DNA of 64,000 bases from Macrostomum lignano (lineage: Eukaryota), in NCBI GenBank assembly GCA_002269645.1, contig NIVC01002992.1, positions 1 to 64,000 on the forward strand. Direction: 5' to 3'. Shown piece by piece: positions 56,901 through 64,000 of this stretch. The position numbers and the translations under genes were made by a program. Each line of letters begins with the position of its first letter. Position 1 is the first letter of the stretch. The notes beneath the pieces were generated by a model, which saw only the letters and a list, made by a program, of their open reading frames with translations, had not been told where the DNA came from and searched no databases.

Positions 56901-59098
56901 TTCATAGTTTAGTTATATGAATAAAGAAGCTAGCAGTCAGGTTACATTCCGCTGATGCGCTCACGCAGGGTGTACATCGGCCTTGTGACTTTCTCATTGT
57001 CAGGATGAATCCCCGCACTCTGTGACTTGGGCTTGTTCGCGCAGGCGGGAATCGCACACGACATGTTAATCGCTGAGCTGCTCAGCTTCTCTGTTGCTAT
57101 TGTCTATGGCTGGTCTCATTTCATCAGGCTATGGACCAGGGGTCCGCCAACTCAAGTCCTCGGGTCCTTTGAAACTTCACAACGCCAATCCGGCCAGCTC
57201 AACGTTTGTGTCTCTTCTCAGCTCTCTTCTCTCCCCTCCCCTCTTCTCTCCCCCTCTCTTCTCTTCCCTCTTCTCTCCCCTCTCCTCTCCTCTCTCCTCT
57301 CTCCCCTCTCCTCTCTTCTTTCTTCTCGCCTTTTCTCTTTCCTCTCTTGTCTCCCCCTCTCTTCTCGCCTCTCCTCTCTCCCCTCTTCTCTAACCCTCTC
57401 CTCTTCTCTCCCCTCTCCCCTCTTCTCTCCCCTCTCCCTCTTCTCTCCCCTCTCCCCTCTTCTCCTCTCTTCTCTCTCCTCTCATCTCTTCTCTTCTATC
57501 CCCTCTCCGCTCTTTTCTCCTCTCTTTTTTCCTCTTCTTTCCTCTCTTCTCTCCTCCTTTGTCTCCTCTCTCCCCTCTTCTCTCATCTCTCATCTCCTCT
57601 CTTTCATCATCCCATATCTCATCTCCTCTCTCGTCTCATTCTATCTATTCCTCCTTTTCTCACTTACCTGTCCAACAGCCAGATTATTTACCCGGGCCCT
57701 TAAGATAAAAATTAGCGAACTCCTTTTATGGACCAATAAAAGCCCATAGAAGTGTTTAGAGAAAAGCTTTCTGACTAAAAGTTTTTAAAAGAGTTTTTGG
57801 AATTGATTGCGCCAAGCAAGGCCCAGCTCCAATCTCGGTGCTGGAATGGCCAGCTCAGTGCAGCGGTTTGTAAATGAGCCCCACAAAGCATCTCCGGAGA
57901 CCACCGTGGGGAGGGGGAACTTCTCCCTCTGATTGGGACGTCATTGATTTATTCATTGATCAGATGGACTTTAGCCGGGGCCTGGGCTGGGAAACTGTGA
58001 GGACAGGTGAGGAGAATAAATTTGATTGACAAGGCCTAAAGGAACGGCAAAATGTTTTGGTCATTGATTTTATTTTGCTTAGAATGAGGCCTCTTGTCTT
58101 TTGATTTTGCTATTGACGATGCGGGACTGAATGGCACTGTCTGTCTTTATAGACTATTGCTCTCAAGTTCAAGGACCCAAACTCTTGCAGTCTGTGAGTC
58201 TTGTATAGAGATTAAGATCTCCACAGTCCGAAGCTCGGTTTAACAAGCATTTTTAAGCTAAATGGTACCCCCTTATTCTACCCTGTGGTACTGGGGAATC
58301 CCAATGCTTAATTTACACAGGGGAATCCCAATTCCTAAGTTACACAGGGGAATCCCAATGCCTAAGTTACACAGGGGGAATCCCAATGCCTAAGTTACAC
58401 AGGGGGAATCCCAATGCCTAAGTTACACAGGGGAATCCCAATTCCTACGTTACACAGGGGAATCCCAATGCCTAAGTTACACAGGGAAATCTCAATGCCT
58501 AAGTTACACAGGGGAATCCCAATGCCTAAGTTACACAGGGAAATCTCAATGCCTAAGTTACACAGGGGAATCCCAATGCCTAAGTTACACAGGGGGAATC
58601 CCAATGCCTAAGTTACACAGGGGGAATCCCAATGCCTAAGTTACACAGGGGAATCCCAATTCCTACGTTACACAGGGGAATCCCAATGCCTAAGTTACAC
58701 AGGGAAATCTCAATGCCTAAGTTACACAGGGGAATCCCAATTCCTAAGTTACACAGGGGAATCCCAATTCCTAAGTTACACAGGGGGAATCCCAATGCCT
58801 AAGTTACACAGGGGAATCCCAATCCCGAAATAACAAAGGGGAACCCCAAATCTTAAATCGACACAGGGAATCCAAATCCCTAGGCTACTCAGGAGAATCC
58901 AAAATCCCTAAGCTTTACAGAGAGTCTCCTATCTATTTTTAGGACCACGACGGTCTCCCGCTGAACCTGGCGGTGGCGCACCCGGGCGTGCTTGTGTTCC
59001 AAGGCGCCGTCAGAGTGAACACATTCAGCTGGGCCAAGATCCGCAAGCTGAGCTTTAAGCGGAAGAAATTCTTGGTGAAGTTGCACCCGGACACCTAC
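45928..59098 (+). CDS. FARP: FERM-domain N-terminus of a FARP1/FARP2/Cdep-like protein (partial; gene continues beyond the window)
   Basis: Exons 45928-46065, 49285-49389, 50571-50692, 50801-50898, 56503-56629, 56717-56804 and 58943-59098, GT-AG with consistent phases. Translation [78 protein letters not shown] follows the FARP FERM domain. The RhoGEF/PH part is not in the window, so FRMD7-like is not fully excluded. Confidence 0.88.
46165..46378. repeat. 24-bp hairpin-unit minisatellite
   Basis: gtgaatcgccattcacaccttcat; stem GTGAAT/ATTCAC with a 4-nt loop. Confidence 0.95.
47100..47440. repeat. Degenerate repeat rich in TTCNNNGAA
   Basis: ctgcttctgg(g/c)tttcctagaaat-like units. Confidence 0.75.
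47865..47972. repeat. (GA)n microsatellite
   Basis: dinucleotide run. Confidence 0.95.
48065..48790. repeat. Highly homogeneous 23-bp minisatellite
   Basis: cttcaatcttgtgaaggctggag, about 31 copies. Confidence 0.97.
49285..49389 (+). CDS. FARP: FARP-like exon 2
   Basis: [35 protein letters not shown]; ggatttgcag acceptor, GTGCGT donor. Confidence 0.88.
49485..50505. repeat. About 16-18-bp pyrimidine-rich array filling FARP intron 2
   Basis: ctcaccctgtctcact, changing to ctcacccagtctcact in the 3' half. Confidence 0.95.
50571..50692 (+). CDS. FARP: FARP-like exon 3
   Basis: CWLDHSK...[19 protein letters not shown]; donor GTGAGT. Confidence 0.9.
50801..50898 (+). CDS. FARP: FARP-like exon 4
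   Basis: [32 protein letters not shown]; ttctcatcag acceptor, GTGAGT donor. Confidence 0.92.
50945..52165. repeat. 12-bp minisatellite
   Basis: cactgagacagg / cactgagacaga. Confidence 0.95.
52830..53800. repeat. Purine-rich about 20-bp array
   Basis: gagagatgagagcagagagg. Confidence 0.95.
54765..56390. repeat. 20-bp minisatellite
   Basis: ttcctgacaccccgatgact with recurring variant blocks. Confidence 0.97.
56503..56629 (+). CDS. FARP: FARP-like exon 5
   Basis: [10 protein letters not shown]...[10 protein letters not shown]; cctcttctacag acceptor, GTGAGT donor. Confidence 0.9.
56717..56804 (+). CDS. FARP: FARP-like exon 6
   Basis: [29 protein letters not shown]; atctccag acceptor, GTATGT donor. 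Confidence 0.92.
57210..57660. repeat. CT-rich low-complexity tract
   Basis: degenerate ctctc/ctcct. Confidence 0.9.
58290..58880. repeat. 28-29-bp minisatellite
   Basis: ggggaatcccaatgcctaagttacaca, about 20 copies. Confidence 0.95.
58943..59098 (+). CDS. FARP: FARP-like exon 7
   Basis: [21 protein letters not shown]...[25 protein letters not shown]; tatttttag acceptor, GTGAGT donor. Confidence 0.93.
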
Positions 59099-59354
59099 GT
59101 GAGTTGCTTGATGCCGAATGCGCTTTGATTGCCTGATAAAGTAAGAGATGATCGAAAATTGATTTTTTAGCTCCCCTGATTGCCTCTGCTGCCTGACATG
59201 CTGAATCTTCTATCTAAGTCTTTAAAGCAATTTCTGCCACTCGATCTTCTGCAAGAGATTCTCCAGCTAGAGAAACAGCAGCTATCCGTACTGCTAAAAA
59301 CAAGGGAAAAGCTGACTAGCAGAAGAAATCCGCGGGCGTTTAACGGTCTTTACC

Positions 59355-60045
59355 CTCTCTCTCCCCACTCTCTCCCTCACTCTCTCCCCCACTCTCTCCC
59401 CCACTCTCTCCCCACTCTCTCCCCCACTCTCTCCCCCACTCTCTCCCTCACTCTCTCCCCCACTCTCTCCCCCACTCTCTCTCACTCTCTCCCTCACTCT
59501 CTCCCCCACTCTCTCCCTCACTCTCCCTCACTCTCTCCCTCACTCTCTCCCCCACTCTCTCCCTCACTCTCCCTCACTCTCTCCCTCACTCTCTCTCTCA
59601 CTCTCTCCCTCACTCTCTCCCCCACTCTCTCCCTCACTCTCTCTCACTCTCTCCCTCACTCTCCCTCACTCTCTCCTCCACTCTCTCCCTCACTCTTTCC
59701 TCCACTCTCTCCCCCACTCTCTCCCCCACTCTCTCCCTCACTCTCCCTCACTCTCTCCCTCACTCTCTCCCTCACTCTCTCCCCACTCTCTCCCCCACTC
59801 TCTCCCTCACTCTCTCCCCACTCTCTCCCCCACTCTCTCCCCCACTCTCTCTCACTCTCTCCCTCACTCTCTCCCCCACTCTCTCCCCCACTCTCTCTCA
59901 CTCTCTCCCTCACTCTCTCCCCACTCTCTCCCCCACTCTCTCCCCCACTCTCTCTCACTCTCTCCCTCACTCTCTCCCCACTCTCTCCCCCACTCTCTCC
60001 CCCACTCTCTCTCACTCTCTCCCTCACTCTCTCCCCACTCTCTCA
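59355..60045. repeat. About 12-bp C/T-rich array
   Basis: ctctcccccact / ctctccctcact. Confidence 0.95.
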
Positions 60046-60547
60046 TTCGACACTGTTTGCAATCTCGGGCTGCGATGGGCGCGTGCGAATCAGGGCGAGC
60101 TAAAGAGAGCCTGGCGAGGCACGGGGCTGACTTCAGTTCTCGGTTTCAGCCGGACCGCCTGCCTGATGCTGCTGCATTGGGCTGAGAATGGCCGCGGGGC
60201 AAAATAAGGGAAAAGTAGGCCCGAATTTTGCGCCCCCGACACACTTTGGCCGCGAACTCTCCCCCCTTCTCCCCTCAGCCTGTCCCATCTAAAACTGTCC
60301 CCACTCTTGCTCCAACTCCCTCACTCCTCACTCTTTCTCTCGTCCCAATCCAGAGGCCAATTTCTCCCAATTTCGCGGTGGCGCCTCTTGCGAACAGTTC
60401 TGAGTTCTGAGAGCGGGCACAGACACACACAGAGAGACTGAGTTATCCTGAGAGAGCAAAATGGGAATGGCGAGTTTTTGCCAGAGCTCACATGCCGTCA
60501 TGCCTAGCTTACATTTTGATGTTAGTGTGCTGTACCAATTCACTACT

Positions 60548-61990
<1,443 letters not shown>

Positions 61991-62459
61991 GTCCTGCCTG
62001 CTTTCTAGCCTGCAGCAGAAGAAAATTTATTCTGTGCTGAGGCAGAGAGAAGCAACAGCGGCAGATGGATATTTCGCCGTTAAGAAAAAGCACAGCTGAC
62101 TGATAGGCGACAATAAGCGAATTTTCTTTTTTCAGGTTTCAAGTAGCGAAACTAATTTTCTGCTGTAGCTGCATTGTAGCCACCTGGCTTCTCCCTTCTG
62201 TCTCTGCAGCCCCCTTCCAGCCCGCTGCTCTGCCGATCCGAAAGCAAACTTCTTCTTTTGTGCGCGAGAGCCCCTCTTTAGCTTGTAATAAAGTCTGGCA
62301 TGGGCTTTTATTCACCGTTTGGCCTGATGAAAAATAGATGCGCAGTCGAATGATAGCCTCTCCTTGCCTCTCCTTGCCTCTCCTTGCAAGGACTGCGGAT
62401 TCTCCAAGCTGGCCGACTCTTTCTGTGAAGAGGAAAATTCGGTTTGTGAAGCTTGGCTG

Positions 62460-63430
62460 GCGAATCTGGAGAATTCTGGAGGAGAGGGTATGGGAATCTG
62501 GGGAATTTTCGGGGAAAGAAGATGGGAATCTGGAGAATTCTCGAGGAGAGGGGATGGGAGTCTGGGGTATTTTTTAGGAGAGAGGATGGGAATCTGAGGA
62601 ATTCTTGAGGAGAGGGGATATTGGAATCAGGGGAATTCTTGAGGAGAGGGGATATTGGAATCAGGGGAATTCTCGAGGAGAGGGGATATTGGAATCAGGG
62701 GAATTCTCGAGGAGAGGGGATATTGTAATCAAGGGAATTCTTGAGGAGAGGGGATATTGGAATCAGGGGAATTCTTGAGGAGAGGGGATATTGGAATCAG
62801 GGGAATTCTTGAGGAGAGGGGATATTGGAATCAGGGGAATTCTTGAGGAGAGGGGATATTGGAATCAGGGGAATTCTTGAGGAGAGGGGATATTGGAATC
62901 AAGGGAATTCTTGAGGAGAGGGGATATTGGAATCAGGGGAATTCTTGAGGAGAGGGGATATTGGAATCAGGGGAATTCTTGAGGAGAGGGGATATTGGAA
63001 TCAAGGGAATTCTTGAGGAGAGGGATATTGGAATCAGGGGAATTCTTGAGGAGAGGGGATATTGGAATCAGGGGAATTCTTGAGGAGAGGGATATTGGAA
63101 TCAGGGGAATTCTTGAGGAGAGGGGATATTGGAATCAGGGGAATTCTTGAGGAGAGGGGATATTGGAATCAGGGGAATTCTTGAAGAGAGGGGATATTGG
63201 AATCAGGGGAATTCTTGAGGAGAGGGGATATTGGAATCAGGGGAATTCTTGAAGAGAGGGGATATTGGAATCAGGGGAATTCTTGAGGAGAGGGGATATT
63301 GGAATCAGGGGAATTCTTGAGGAGAGGGGATATTGGAATCAGGGGAATTCTTGAGGAGAGGGGATATTGGAATCAGGGGAATTCTTGAAGAGAGGGATAT
63401 TGGAATCAAGGGAATTCTTGAAAAGAGGGT
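62460..63430. repeat. 33-34-bp G-rich minisatellite
   Basis: ggggaattcttgaggagaggggatattggaatca. Confidence 0.95.
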
Positions 63431-64000
63431 TGGAGAATCAGGGGAATCGTTGAAAAGAATGGGTTATATGAGATTAAGGAATTCTTGAGAAAAAGTGTGG
63501 GGAATCTGAGAACTAATGAGGCGCCAGTTCGGCGAATCTGAGGAATTCGAGGAGAATGGGGTATTAGGGGAATTCTTGATTAAAGAGAGGGGAAATCAGG
63601 GAAAATTTGTGAGGATAAGGGCTGGAAGATTTGGTGGAGGATTTATGAAAATAGGAGTCGAATGCGCGGGCTGGGGAGTTGCTAAGGAGAATAAATTTGC
63701 CGTGCCGATGACTCAGCCCCTGCTGTGCGCGCATATTGGATTAATTTACGCCTCATCACTTTATGACGCTGGCCGGAGGCTGAGCCGAGGCCTCGGGCCA
63801 ACTTAGGTAGCAAACTTGAGCGCTGGCAAGGGCTGCCTTGAGAGATGCCCGCCCGTGCTTCTAGAGGAATTTCATATTTCTCCCATCCAGACTTCCCTAA
63901 GCCTATGTTGACTTGCTTGGCCAGCCCGCGCTGCACCCAGCTCTGAGCCTGAGTTGGAGATTGTGAAGGTTGTGAATGTTGGGGATTGTGAAGTTTGAGG

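Overview
Eukaryotic (metazoan) genomic DNA with GT-AG introns. There are no prokaryotic operons, CRISPR arrays or RNA genes that I can recognise. The GC-rich exons and minisatellite-filled introns resemble the flatworm Macrostomum, but that assignment is inference only. Three spliced genes were rebuilt by hand with consistent intron phases. (1) A complete Src-family tyrosine kinase on the minus strand, 6 coding exons, 8935-30098, 612 aa. (2) A complete Golgi alpha-mannosidase II (GH38) on the minus strand, 5 exons, 35183-41614, 1145 aa. (3) The FERM-domain 5' part of a FARP/Cdep-like gene on the plus strand, 7 exons from 45928, continuing past the window. The divergent MAN2-FARP intergenic region holds an 865-bp non-autonomous hAT element (12-bp TIRs, perfect 8-bp TSD) and a probable solo LTR. 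By hand tally about 45% of the window is about 44 distinct tandem arrays, and most long entries in the ORF track are translations of these arrays. The most notable unexplained structure is how the arrays relate to splicing. Their edges sit close to most splice sites, several are built from splice-site-like units, and two related arrays flank one symmetric exon in inverted orientation. Other arrays are homotypic clusters of STAT/BCL6-, kappaB- or CCAAT-type motifs.
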